NCBI GenBank assembly: GCA_964106915.2
Contig: OZ066930.1
DNA from: Podarcis gaigeae
Taxonomy: Eukaryota
Direction: 5' to 3' (one strand)
Length of the DNA: 64,000 bases
The notes below the pieces were generated by a model. The model searched no databases, was not told the DNA's origin, and was given only the letters and a program-made list of their open reading frames with translations. Position numbers and translations under genes: made by a program. The stretch's first letter is position 1. Every line of letters starts with the position of its first letter. This document shows positions 13,062 through 26,023 of the stretch, one piece after another.

Positions 13062-13169
13062 GCCAGCCAGCTGGGAGTGTACCGGGCCTTCGTGGATAAC
13101 TATGAGGTTGCCATGGAGACGGCAGAGAAGTGTTGTCAGGCCAACGCTCAGTTCGCAGAAATCTCCGAG
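13062..13169 (+). CDS. BCR: BCR exon 5 (DH)
   Basis: ctgcag|GCC...GAG|gtaacg; [36 protein letters not shown]; 108 nt. Confidence 0.97.
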
Positions 13170-14185
13170 GTAACGTTATGATGTTCAGACACGTGCAGCG
13201 ACTCGTTCTGACTAATGCGCTCAGATGGAGCCCTTGGGATGTCCCTGCAGCACTTGCCCTTCAAAGGTGGTGCGCTCTCTTCCTCTCTCTCTCAGCTCCT
13301 GTTCATTTCAGTGGGCGGCTTGCACAACAGGAAAAGCTTCCAGTGTTGTCAGTTCTGCCCATCTCACGTGCTGCGGCCCTTAATGCAACCCAAGACCTCT
13401 CAAGGTTCTTGTCTTGAGGCCACCCCAATTGACCTTTGCGGTGATACAAAGTCTAATTAGGTGATCCACCTTGCACACTCTGCTGGAGTGGCTTTGAGCT
13501 GCTCGGGCACCACCTCCGTGCCCTGCAAGGGGCAGGATGGGAGGGTCTGAACTCCTGCAATGAAATTATCATTAGCAAAATAGAGGTGAACAAGCCCACT
13601 TGAGTGGTGAGCATCACCCCCTGTCCGGGAAATGGTAGGCCTTCGTTAGCCTCAAGTGGAGTGACGTGGAGTGGCACTAGAAAGGTTGAGGGTTTCTCAA
13701 GTGGAATTGCAATGCTGCTGGGTATCCTTTGGGAGAGAAGCCGTCTTGAGTAGGGTGCACTAGCTTCTTGAGGGTTCTTGCAAGTTGGGTCACTCCTGCC
13801 TGGCAGTCAAGCCTAGCCTGGTACTGCTGAAAGGAAATCACAGCTTAAGTGGGTGATATCCTTGTTTTCAAGATCATGTCCAAACTGTGCCAGGACACCC
13901 CAAACCAGGTACTGCAAATCAAGTGTGGCAGAAGGGCAGAAGAGGGGCGGGGCTTGCCATGTCTTCAGGGAAACCATAGACACAGCTGCCGAAGGTAGCA
14001 AAAAGCACTGTGCAAGGATGGAGTTGACCACTGGACTAGAGCTGCCTTTGCATGGCAAATGCTTGGGTGCTTACTTCGTGTCAACAGAGGGCTTGGTTAA
14101 GCTAAGTAGGGGACAGCTGGCAGTTCCCTGCTGCCCTCTGAAGAAAAGTTAACACAGTGGATGTTTTCTTTCTCCCCTTTCATAG

Positions 14186-14246
14186 AATCTCAAGGCTAGA
14201 AGCACCAAGGATTCAAAAGAGCAGACGACGAAAAACTCCTTAGAAA
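14186..14246 (+). CDS. BCR: BCR exon 6 (DH)
   Basis: tcatag|AAT...GAA A|gtaagt; NLKARSTKDSKEQTTKNSLE; 61 nt. Confidence 0.95.
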
Positions 14247-14389
14247 GTAAGTAGTGCACCCACAGACTATGTTGGCAGAATACTTTCCTTTCTCTTGAGC
14301 TGGGCTTTCAGCCCTGCAGTTGTGTGGGTTATAGTGGTCTACCAAGCAGTGCAGCTCATGTGGGACCTGTCGTCTTCCTTTCTCTACAG

Positions 14390-14442
14390 CTCTCCTTTAC
14401 AAGCCAGTGGACCGAGTCACACGCAGCACGCTTGTGCTCCAC
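14390..14442 (+). CDS. BCR: BCR exon 7 (DH)
   Basis: ctacag|CT...CAC|gtaagt; (T)LLYKPVDRVTRSTLVLH; 53 nt. Confidence 0.96.
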
Positions 14443-15925
14443 GTAAGTTGCTTTGAACGTTGATGCTGCCGTTGCTATTGCAGTGGGCAAGCTGGGAATG
14501 AGCAGACGGGGAAGCCTTGAGGTTTATACACAATAGGACTCATAATAGTTGCAAAAATATGTAGCCAAACAGCCATCTCCCCCCCCCCCTTCCCAATGTG
14601 TTGAGTGACATTGTGGTTTTTTTAAAAAAGATAAAGGTAAGCCTTCCTTTTCGAATCCTCTTTGGGGGTGTCTGTTTTCAGAGTGGTCTTTGTGTAGGGC
14701 TACTGCCTTTGCTCAGACCCTCCATGTAGTGCAGGAGGGCCATGATCCCAGCATTTCCACAGGCAGTCATGGAGGAAGTGGTTTTTCTTTAACCCTTGTC
14801 TCCATTTCACAACACTGTTGCTGCTTGCGCGAAACTACATTTGATTGAAAGAAACAACATTGTGAGGTTTGACGCTGGGTCTCCTGTACCATGGTGCAGT
14901 TTGTTCCCAAGACAAACTTCAGGAGAAGATGATGCTTTGCTGGCCGTTAAATATTGGGAAGCTTTTTAAAGATAGAGTCCCTTGGAAAAGAGTTGCTTGA
15001 AGCACCTTGGAAAATGCCTTTGCTGTGCCCCAGCTTCAGAACTGGGGTGGGGAACATTCAGCTGCTCCTTCATATCTGGGTTTAGCATGTTATCCACTCA
15101 GGTTTCCAGCTGTGCTGTTGCTTACAGCTTAGAAACCCTCCCCCCCAAACCCCTTTGTTTGCCGTTAAAAATACAAAGGGGGTATGGGTGTGTATTTAGG
15201 GTAGAAATTGGCTGCCCTAAGGGCTTGGCTTGGTTTCTTGATTCAAACAAACATTCAGAGCAAATGTAACACAGTACACTACTGGATTATAATACTCAAG
15301 CAGCTTAAAATTACCCCATGCCTACATAAACCTGGAAGCCAGACAAAACTGGGAGGTCTTTGTCGCTTTTCTGAAAAGTCCCTGGATTTTGTCAGGTTCT
15401 GCTGGGAAGGAAGGCACTCAGCCCCCATGAAAGTCTCTCCTCTTCCACATCAGCCGCAAGCCACTTGCTCCTCACAGCCCTTTGTGACCTTCCTACCCAC
15501 CTGCTGCCTCAGTCTCTCCAGTGCCCCATACACTCCCATGAGTTGTGTTCCTTCAGTTCCACCATCCCCAGCCTCCTTTCAAAGGTCTCTTGCTCCCCCA
15601 GATGACCCTAACCTTTGCTGCCACTTAGGCCTGAAACAGCCTACCCTTTTTCTTCCTTCCTTCCTGATAAATGTTGAGTTGTTGCCTCCTTGGAACGGGG
15701 CCCTGTCTTCTTTTGCTTATGTTGATTGGTAAAGAGCCATCTGCAGTAACAGGACTGTAATGGTGGTGATGAAAGATAAAGTGGTGGCTGGAAGATAAAA
15801 CTGCTGCCGCTAAGGTGAGCCTGTGTGTCTCTCCTGCCGGGGCCAAGGAAGGCCTGTTGATATGAAGCTCCTTGTATTTCCAGCTGCCATTCTCTTAACT
15901 TTTTCTCTTCCTCTTGGCGGTGCAG

Positions 15926-16066
15926 GATCTACTGAAGCATACTCCTTCAAGCCACCCTGACTACCCTCTTCTTCAGGATGCCCTCCGCATCTCCCAGAAC
16001 TTCCTGTCTAGTATCAATGAGGAGATCACACCCAGGAGACAATCCATGACAGTCCAAAAGGGAGAG
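15926..16066 (+). CDS. BCR: BCR exon 8 (end of DH)
   Basis: gtgcag|GAT...GAG|gtgagt; [47 protein letters not shown]; 141 nt. Confidence 0.97.
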
Positions 16067-17890
16067 GTGAGTGCTCCAGTCCTGCTGGCACCTTTTGGGG
16101 TGCAGTGTTCTTATGTGGGGGGTGGCACCCATGCACATCCACACACAACTGTTTTCTTTCTTTATGTCTACTGTACTGGCTGCAAGAGAATATGTGTCTG
16201 TGAGAGTGCGGGATGGGGGCTCAACCAGCATTTGGGAAGGGAATTGGACTAGTCCTGGTGACGGGAATGGAACCTTGAGGGCAGCCTTCCCTAACCTGGT
16301 GCCCTCCAGATGTTTTGGACTACATTTCCCACTGGCTGGGGCTGATGGGAGTCTCTCTAAGCCCTACCTGGAGATCCCAGGGATTGAACCTGGAACCTTC
16401 TGTATGCAAAGGATGTGCTCTGCCACTGAGCTATCACTCTTCCTCCTTGTCATCACACTGTCCCCTCTAAGAAGTAGTATGCTGAACTAAAAGAATTCTC
16501 TTTTGTCTCACCTAGCAGGGTTCTTCTTAGGTTCTAATCTTAGGTGGCCTTTTTTGCTGCCTTCATCATCACCAGGCCTAAAATAATGTCCAGTGAAAAT
16601 TCTCCCAGGTGCTTTCAGACAAACTCCCATTTTCAGTCATTTCTACACCCATCTTTTGGCTGATTTAGTTCTTGAGGGGCCTCCGGGTGGGAGTGGAGGG
16701 ATGTCCAAAGTGTTTCCGTATTGAATGGGCTCTTGCAAAATAACTATTGGAGCTTCATGTTTTGGACTGGATCTAGACTGGAGGGTACTTGGGTAGACAG
16801 GAGGTTCAGCCTTCAGAGCCTCTGGGTAGTGTTTGTGCAGTTAAACCCCAGAGATCCGGGTTCCAGTCTTGGCTTAGTTAGAGAGGCTCTAGGCAAGTCG
16901 CTGTGTCTCCACTATCTGTGAAATCTTGTGTATTAATGACCCTACATCGTGCAAGCTGTATCCGTGTAAATAGTGATTAATAATGGAAAGCTAGAGGCCA
17001 TAGAAGGTTGCATTGAATGGGATGCTAATTGAACTGCAGCTTAAAATGCTGGCTGGAAGGGCTCTCATGTGGGAGGAGAGGGAGCCTGTTTATCTGCTAG
17101 TGTCTCAGGTAGCGTACCAGCTTTGAAGGGAGCCCTGTAGCATCCTAATGAGGTGAGGGCCAAGGTTGACTGGGAGAGAAGGGGAGGTGTTTGTATTCTC
17201 TGTGGCGAGCTGCTTCTTTGTCATTATTTACAACACTAGTAATGTCGGTGTGCCTTGAAGGGTGTGCTCTCGCTCTCTTGCTCTCTCACGTATGGAGGGT
17301 GGGCACTAGTCCTCAAAATGAGATAATTTATTTCCATGCTGCTGCAAAGCCTCCCCCCCCCCCCAATTTTGCTTCCCCATCTGGCCCCCGGTGCTCCTCT
17401 TCCTATAAATCTCTGCAACTGGAGCGCATTGCTCTGCTCAGCCTTTCTGTGCTGCTACTGAGCTACAATGGGGAGCAAGGCCCACTTCATTTCTCGCCAG
17501 CGCTGCTTTTGCTTTCCTCTCCTTGGTGCTTTTTGAGCTGAGGGAAGCAGCCCTTCTGGTGCTTAATCTCCCCAGTGATGGCCTGCTAATTGCGGCAAGG
17601 ATGTGGGTGGGTGGCAGTGCAGGCCTACAGAGCTTGCTTAGGAGCCTCAGAGCTTGCCTGGCTTCTCTGCAACCATTGTGTCCACTCAGTGCCATCCAGT
17701 GGCGAGAGGCCTTGTGGCTGAAACAGAAATAGAGAAGCAGCTCATTTACAGGTATAGAAAAATCTGCAGAAAAACCAAGGCAGCTGCCCAAGCAGAGGTG
17801 GCACCCATTGCATTAGGGCAGAATTCTTCATCATGGAAAATGCTTAAGGCTTCTTAGTAAAACCTGCTGGGGAAGGCTTTCCTCTGCAGA

Positions 17891-18258
17891 TCATAGAATT
17901 GTAGAGTTGGAAGGGACCCTGAGCATCATCTGGTCCAACCACCTGCAATGCAGGAATCTCAACAAAAGCATCCATGACAGGTGGCCATCCAACCTCTGCT
18001 TAAAAACCTCCAACGAAGGAGAGTCCACCATGTTCCCATTCCACTGTCGAACAGCATTTACCACCAGGAAGTTCTTCCTGATGTATTGTGGGAATCTCCT
18101 TTCTCATAACTTCCATCTGTTGGTTCAGGTCCCAACCTCTGGAGCAGGAGAAAACAAGCTTGATCCCCTCCATGCGACGGCCCTTTAGATATTTGAAGAT
18201 GGCTACCATATCTCCTCTCAGTTCCTCTTTTCCAAGCTAAACATACCTAACTCCCTCA
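17891..18258 (-). mobile_element. CR1 LINE 3' fragment
   Basis: tcatagaattgtagagttggaagggacc tail; reverse-complement similarity to the 40000-40390 CR1 segment. Confidence 0.88.
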
Positions 18259-19811
18259 TTAGGTTTTCACCCCGATAAGGTTTACTTGGAAGGCATTAGA
18301 AGCCAATGCTTATTGGTTTGTTTTTCTGAAATATCCTAGCCATGTTGGTAACAATTCATTTTGTATATCGTGAGAAGTTGATAGTCCAAGCAATTAGGCA
18401 CATTAGTAAACCAGCAAAACTGATCTGGGCACCACACACAGTGCAATTAACTGCACACAGAACACGTCTGTGAAGCCTAATTTCAGCAGAAGGAGGGAGC
18501 CCTTTGGAGACCAGAGAAAGACCTCTGTAGGCACATGTGCACCCAAATTGGCAACTGCTAGCTTACATCAGGACTCTACAGCTGCAGGTAGTTGTGAAAG
18601 CACCCAGGCTGACTTGCATGGACACCTTTCCACTGGGAGCATGTGCTTTGCTGGTGGGTCACTTCCGTGGTTCCTAGCCATTACAGCTTTGCTGTGTCTC
18701 CAGAGCTGGAGGCAGAAATGCTTCTGAATCCCAGTTGCTGAAAACCACAGGAGAGGAGTCTGCTCTGGTACCCAGGTCCTGCTTGCAGGATTCCCCCTGG
18801 GGAATCTGGTTGGCCACTGTGAGAACAGGATGCTGAACTAAAAATGTGTCCCAGATGTGTCCTCTTTGGCTCAATCCAGCAGGCTTATGTTCCCTTGCAT
18901 GTGCCGGAACTTGTGCAGTTGTCTTTTTCAGTGAGGTGATGGAGCTCTCCCTTGGAGGCCCACTTTGATCTGCCTGCTTTGCAGGTGGAGGCAAGGGGGG
19001 GGGGTCTGATTGGGATTCTACAGCTGGGTTGGATATTGAACTGGCTTGTTGTTAGTGCTTCCTTTGGTCAGATTTACTTAGATACTTTTTTAGTTTGTAC
19101 AACCTGATTGCAATGTATAAATTTAAAAATTGAGGCAACTTACAAAAGAATATTGAATATCTATATATAGAATAAAGCAGGGCTTTTCTGAACCTGCTGA
19201 GTTTTCTGTGCAAAAGCAAGTTGCGGGGAGGCAGGGAGTGGCTGCACAGTCCATTTTAAAAATGCGAAGGAGCCCAAATATTTCCTTTTGAACTTTGAAC
19301 TTCTCATTCTCTGCACTGCAAGCAGAATCAGGAAGGAATCTGCACCCTCTCTCAGTGTGTTATCTGGAACAGTCAGACCTCTCCTTTCCCAGTGCTACAG
19401 CAGCTTCATTTTTGGATCCTTCGCTTCAAAATCCATTGTGTTCTCTCTGACAGCTTTTTGGCCCTGCTTTGGGAGCCCAGTATGAAAGCTGCACTCTACA
19501 TATGCTTATAAGTATTCTTCGTGATTTATGTTCAAAGACAAAGTCTTGGCCTTGGAAAGAGGCTTCCAGGCCCTGAAGGTTGCTGGAAATCCCTGGACGA
19601 GAGACTGCTCTTGTGCTCGAATTCTGCTTGCTGGTTTCGTGTAGGCATTTGGTTGGCTGCTGTGAGAACTGGAAGCTGGACTAGATGGGCCAATGGCCTT
19701 ATCCAGCAGGCTTTTCTTATGTTCTTATGAAGCTGTCTTCTTTCAGTGAATGGCTGCTCTTTGAGAGGTAGGAAGGACAGGCTTATTCGTCTATATTTTG
19801 AAGGATGTTTT

Positions 19812-20152
19812 TGTTATGTACTGAAGTTCTCACCCTGGGCCAGCAGGGGGATACTGTAGATAGTTATGCAAATGAAGGATCGAAAGTGACGTTCAGTGAT
19901 TGGATAGTTTGTATGCAAATGAAGGATCAAAAGTGACGTTCAGTGACTGGATAGTCTGTATGCAAATGAAGGATCGAAAGTGACGTTCAGTGATTGGATA
20001 GTTTTAGAAAGTTGCTACAGTTACGTTGTTCTGGAGCTCTATATAAGCAGGCTGACTGAGCTCTGCAGTTCAGTTCTGTTCTGGCCTCTGAATAAACAAG
20101 AGCTGTTTGAAGAATCGCTGTGTCGTCTGATATGTTCGCCCACAACTTGACA
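19812..20152 (+). mobile_element. Solo LTR (LTR retrotransposon or ERV)
   Basis: TG...CA termini (TGTTA/TGACA); 5-bp TSD GTTTT (19807-19811 and 20153-20157); TATATAA 20040-20046; AATAAA 20091-20096; 3x 47-bp U3 repeats. Confidence 0.9.
19859..20003 (+). repeat. 3 x 47-bp tandem repeat inside the LTR U3 (octamer + CRE-like + CCAAT)
   Basis: ATGCAAAT at 19866, 19913, 19960; TGACGT at 19887, 19934, 19981; ATTGG at 19899 and 19993 (ACTGG in the middle unit). Confidence 0.95.
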
Positions 20153-21004
20153 GTTTTCATCTCAGGCAGGGGACTTCAAGACATCCCCAGGTGGGACGCA
20201 GTGTTTATTTCCTTTCCAACCTTACTTTTTCTGGCTTCAAAGTCTCTCTTGGAAATGGGGCTTACCATTGTCCTTGTGCGAGTGGAAGGGCTAAGTGCAG
20301 AGCTGCTGAGAACCGTGTCCAGGAGCACCGGACTGACGATGAAACTGTACAGCCATGCCTATCAGTTTAAAATGCAGCACTTGAAAAAGGGCTGGTGTCT
20401 TGCCAGTACTTTCTAGATGGGATGTGGCTTACAGTCAGCCTCCTGCAATCCTCGCTGCTGAGCAAGTGGAGGCTGCATCTTTGTGGGAGCTTGAATGCAA
20501 CCTTGTTGTTTGCTGGCTGGCATTGTGGGCGCCCAGTAGGTTGCCTATGAATGTTCTGGGACTTACCAGGGAGTTTGCCTCTCCTCCCCCAACGTCCCAG
20601 GAGCGAGTCGGCAAGGCCTTTCCCTTCCTCTCTGTGTGACGTGCTGAAACCCTCCCCTCCCTCCCTCCTGGCAAGATGAGTCACGGCAGTCAAGAAGGCC
20701 TGACCCCAACACTGCCTCACAGGCTGACCGTTTGCCAGGAGCGGGAAGTCTTGATTGTTCTGATACCGCTATCTCCTCCTCCTCCTCCCCCCGCCCAGTC
20801 ACCAGAGCATGCTCATTTCCTCACCCCAGTGCTCCAGGCCCTGCAAAGCACAACTGGGAGATAGAGACCGGCCAGAGGATAGCCCTGAACCACAGAGGGG
20901 ATATTCCCCTAGCTCATTCCCTTGCCCTCAAATTGGCCACAATCCAATGCAAGAACTGCTGTTACCAGGCTGTCTTCTGCTTCCACCTTGGCCTGAAAGT
21001 GATT

Positions 21005-21767
21005 TGTGATTCAAGGACCCGCCACCCGCTTGGGGATAAGAAAGACACATGGGCACAGTATATTAGGTTAATGGGCTAAAAAAGGCCACAACTTTATTGA
21101 TTACAGCATGTGAGAGGTATTGGCTTAGGCATTGGATAAAACAACAGAGCGTGACTCCACCCCCCCAAGGAGGGGTGAGTCTAACAAGGGTTAACCACCA
21201 GTGGGAGGAGCCTGTTGATGCAAATACAACTGAAAACTCCCCCTGATGTCACCGGGGGTCATGCCATGGCCCTAGCCACCAGCAAGGGCGTCGGACAGGA
21301 TCCACGACCGCTGGATTCCTTTACTGGAATACCCATAAAGTGGAGGGGTAGGCGATGGCCACACCCTGCTCTCCAATACACAAACATATTCCAATGCCTA
21401 ACTGCCAATACCTAAAAGTTGTGACGATTTGCTATGAGATAGGCGAAAAACCAAGTGGCCGGTGCCAATTTGCCAGTTGGATAAAAATTCCTACCAGGCC
21501 CCATGGACAACCAAGGCAACCAACCACAGGTCCATAGCAATGTCAAGAACCAAGCAATGAACTAAAGGGAGGGTGGGTGGGCGATCCAACGAAAACCAGC
21601 AGCGGAATGAATGGGAAGTGCTGCCGCGGCCACATGTGAGTAGCAAAACCCCGCCCCCAATCCTCCACCTGATTGGTTGGCTACCTGGGGGCGTGGCACG
21701 GCTGCCAGGCCAGCTGGGCAGGGGCTGGAACGCCCCCTGCCAACACAGGAAACAGCTCCTGCTCACA
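21005..21767 (-). mobile_element. Possible LTR-like element (antisense)
   Basis: TGTGA...TCACA ends; on the minus strand CCAAT and GC box near 21650-21676 and AATAAA at 21093-21098; no matching TSD found, so boundaries are uncertain. Confidence 0.4.
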
Positions 21768-23652
21768 ACTCTTCCCCTCTGTAAGGCAGAGAGGCTTTGC
21801 CTAATGAGGGAGCTGTCCTGGGTTGTTCCCCCTCACCTCTTTCACGTTTACTCACAAACTTACTCAGCTTCCTGCATGTTGGAGCCAACCTGAGTCCAGG
21901 TGGCCAGTTGTCTCGTGGCTGCATAGGTCCAAATCATGGCTTGCCACATTCTGGAAAATATCAGCGAGGAGGGCTATGGAGAACAAGTGCCTAGGTACCT
22001 ATGGAAGCATCCATGCATCCAGTCCTGCATGCTGTATTCCGCTGAAGACCTTGCCCTAGATGTGTGAGCTGGCCCAGAGAATGACTGCGAAAGCACAGCA
22101 GACCATTACTCTATTTGTCTTGTGTTGGTGATGGGCAGAAAGCACAGCTGACCTTGCTCTGTAGGCACCTGGCACTGAACCATCCTCTGCAAGGGCAACT
22201 CTCTGATTTCCAAGCAGCCACAATGGAAAGGGGCGGGAGCAGCTGGGGATTGTCAGCATTGCTGCAGCGAGTGCCGTCGAAGCACAAGAACGCATTTGCA
22301 CCTCAAGATGAAAATCTGGTTGGCAGCGTGGGCTCGTTTGCCATGCCCCAGAGGAGCGGAGCTTATTTGCTGTCTCCTCCATATTCATCGGCTCCTTAAA
22401 AATATTAAATGAGGGCTTTGGACTGCCAAAGAGGGGCCTTGCTTTATGGCCCTCTGCGACGGAATCCTCCCCTTCCTCAGAAGTTGACTGCAAAGCTCAC
22501 CCGTGTGTATTTGTCTGGCATCTTTAGTTCTACAGTCCTTGGGGGGAAATGAGCGCACATGGATGGCAAAGACATTAATGCAGGCTGGCATCTCTGAAGC
22601 ATCTGAGTAGCAAGGGAAGCAAGGAGGCCCCTCCAAAATGGATTCTGCTTGTCCTTGACAGGGATGGAGACTGGAATTGTTCGCTAGCAAGTAGCTCCTA
22701 ACCCTGACTGGACTCAGCCTTTTGCAAAAATACTTTAAGATGAGTCAGCCACAGGAGAGCCCAAGAAAGTTGTGGTAGCTTCAGTGCAAACTGTTATGTT
22801 GGAATAGACCCAGATCCAAAACATTTACTGTGGAAACTCTAGAGAAGAAGCTCCTGCATTATATCTTCTGTCTTTGATACCTGAAGAATCGTCGTTCTGT
22901 GAGAATAATTCCCACTGAACCAAAAATAGTGGAGAATCTGCAACTTTTCACAAATAAGAGAGAATCTTAGAGGAAATCTGAATTACTGGCTAGAGAAAAT
23001 ATGTACAGATGGTGCTGTTTATATATTTGCTAATAAGGAGTACGGTGTGAGTTGAGTTTGCAAACGACATCTGTTCTAAATGGATCTATACCCCTTAGCA
23101 GTGCTGTGTGCCATAAGAAAGCCATGGAGAACCTTTTAGTTAGCATACCCTTCCCTCCAATGACTAGTCAGCATTCTGTACCATATACCAATATTTACAT
23201 TTGCTAATAAACTGCCATGTTTCTCTTTACCAAGCCTCTTCTGCTTTGTGCTGGTGGTAGATCTGGATACCTACAATTTTTATATTTGCCAATAAATGAG
23301 GGATCCCCTTCCTTATCTCTTCTTTGTCCTAATAGCACCCTGAAACCTATATGTCCCTTAGAGAGGCTAACCCAGTGACACTTGCAGAGCTCCCCCTGAG
23401 GACAGACTATGGAGGGCAGGCTTTTGGCGGAAAAAAATTCATGTTTGTTTGTTTTTTTGCCTACCTTGACATCCAGCCTGGAGAAGAACTTTCTAGAGTA
23501 CTCTAATGCTTGCTTATAGCCTTGTAATGTTCTTGTGCATCCTAATAAAATGTATTGCCCTACACTGGCTTTGAGCTGCTAGTATAGGCAAAGCCATTTG
23601 GTTAAAAAGGGTAAGAGTTTTTGTCAGTTTGTGAAGTTGGAGAATAGTTTTA

Positions 23653-23670
23653 TGCTGCCCTCTGCTGGCC
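23653..23670 (-). promoter_or_regulatory. CTCF core motif match
   Basis: minus strand GGCCAGCAGAGGGCAGCA matches the CTCF consensus; not inside an obvious repeat. Confidence 0.6.
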
Positions 23671-24034
23671 CTTATAGTAAACTCATTGTAAAACAGCTGC
23701 AGGTAATATTTGCTTTTATGAAGAAACTAGGAGTAGGTGCCCAGTTGTACCTCCTTTCTGGAAGAAAACAGAAATAACTTGGTTTTGGACAAATCCTTGG
23801 AGATAGTTGATGCTAACACTATAATTAGCCACATACCTATCCAATAAGTTTTTTTCAGAAGGGCAGAAAATGTGGGCTTCACCAAACCACACTAGCAGCA
23901 AAATGGGTATTGCAGGCTGCGTGTAGGAGCCCCTGCAGCTGGCATAACATGAGAAAGTAAGTCCTGTTCCAATAAGATACAAAAAGAAATAGGCTTTCAG
24001 GGAGTTTGGAGATCTTCCAGAAGGCCTGTCCACA

Positions 24035-24612
24035 TGTTGTTGTTGTTGTTGTTGTTGTTGTTTAGTCGTTTAGTCGTGTCCGACTCTTCGTGATACCATG
24101 GACCAGAGCACGCCAGGCACTTCTGTCTTCCACTGCCTCCCGCAGTTTAGTCAGACTCATGCTGGTAGCTTTGAGAACACTATCCAACCATCTAGTCCTC
24201 TGTCGTCCCCTTCTCCTTGTGCCCTCCATCTTTCCCAACATCAGGATCTTTTCCAGGTAGTCTTCTCTTCTCATGAGGTGGCCAAAGTACTGGAGTCTCA
24301 GCTTCAGGATCTGTCCTTCCAGTGAGCACTCAGGGCTGATTTCCTTAAGAATGGACATGTTTGATCTTCTTGCAGTCTATGGGACTTCAAGAGTCTCCTC
24401 CAGCACCATAATTCAAAAGCATCAATTCTTCGGCGATCAGCCTTCTTTATGGTCCAGCTCTCACTCTCATACATCACTACTGGGAAAACCATAGCTTTAA
24501 CTATACAGACCTTTGTTGGCAAGGTGATGTCTCTGCTTTTTAAGATGCTGTCTAGGTTTGTCATTGCTTTTCTCCCAAGAAGCAGGCGTCTTTTAATTTC
24601 ACGGCTGCTGTC
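24035..24612 (-). mobile_element. RTE-BovB LINE 3' fragment with (CAA)n tail
   Basis: minus-strand peptides SREIKRRLLLGRKAMTNLDSILKSRDITLPTKV and LEGQILKLRLQYFGHLMRRE...RTRLND* typical of the BovB ORF C-terminus; (ttg)n at 24035-24062. Confidence 0.95.
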
Positions 24613-25415
24613 CACATATGTAGACACAAAATTTGCACAGAGACCGAATGAATGCTGTTTATTGAGCATTCATTCTTAAAATGCTTGTACTGAGGTTATA
24701 TGACATTATGTCAAGTGATTGTTGTACTCCTTGTTCCAGTGTATTTTCCAGTTACTTTCCTTACTGCAGAAGTCTGATTTTTTTAAAAACAAAACCCAAC
24801 AGCAACAGTTTTGTTGCATAAGGGTGCTGAACACAGTTTAGTTGTGCAGCCTAAATTTGCTTATAATTTTTTTAAATTTTGTGAAATAGTGACTGTCTCA
24901 GTTCTTGGCACCCTTTGCCAAATGACACCTTCAATGGAGTCTGGAGACACAATGCAAAATCCAGAACCGTTCAAACCTGCCTTTTGCTTTCACTGTTAAT
25001 GGCCCACCATATTCTCATGAGTCCCTTTGTGAAACTATTGGGATGGTATTGAAGGCCAGCCATTGTAAACGCTTTAAACTAGCTGAGAGCTTTGGTCTAT
25101 TATGCTGGTGCTGTAGTGCCCCAAGGTTAATTTCTTTACTGTTTTCTTCGTTGTTGTGTTTTATATTCTCTTCATCTTGTGTAACTTGAAAATAGCAGCA
25201 AAACACTTGCCTTCTATTCATTTGATCTTTTACCATTACTTACCTAAATCCTTATTGGACTAATTAATTACTATATATTTTCTCATTCACGTCGTGATAA
25301 ATGGTTGAAAGGCAGATAGATATAAGGCTATCGCTATAAATGAGGTTAGTAGATCTGGGGAGGAACCATAGGGGGCAGTTAGGGAAGGGAATTGTTTAAA
25401 GCTTGTGAAAGCCAA

Positions 25416-25416
25416 T

Positions 25417-25448
<32 letters not shown>
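25416..25448. repeat. (ATC)n microsatellite
   Basis: directly visible. Confidence 0.97.
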
Positions 25449-26023
25449 AAGAGAAGGACAAAGCTAGCAACGCAAGGAAGTTGCAAGTTACAAGGCAGAT
25501 TCCCTCCTGAAGCTGCCTGTCCTTGAATGAATTCTGATACAAACGTTGTGGTTGCCACATGGAAATGCTTCAAAATAACAGTAACTGTACATGGGAACAG
25601 TATTCCTTGCCAGCTGCTTATCGTCATGTGGAGGGTCTGTGCAAGCCAGAATCTGCCAGCGAGGTGCCACCCTGGCATCAGAGGTCCTCACCATGTGACT
25701 GGGCTGGAAAACATAAGCCACCTTGCGCTTTGTCAGACCCACTCAACTGCATGGACTAGTTCCTCAATTACATCCAGTTGCCCCCAACTTCTACCCTGTG
25801 CTGAATCCTTCCTTGGTCTGATCCTGTAGCTCCTTTTCACATCTTTTCTTCTCCAGTTCCCCTGCACCTTTCTTTCATAGGAACATAGGAAGCTGCCTTA
25901 TGCATAGTGAGGCTACTGGTCCATTTACCTTAGTATTGTATACACTGACTGCAATGGCCAACATCTGTCACTTATCCCAGTCTCCATTTCTGACCCTTGC
26001 CTCTCCCTTCCTTTTTTTGGCAG

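Noticed and set aside
19859-20003. 47-bp repeats as a CRISPR-like array
   Set aside because: Head-to-tail with no unique spacers, inside an LTR in a vertebrate genome.
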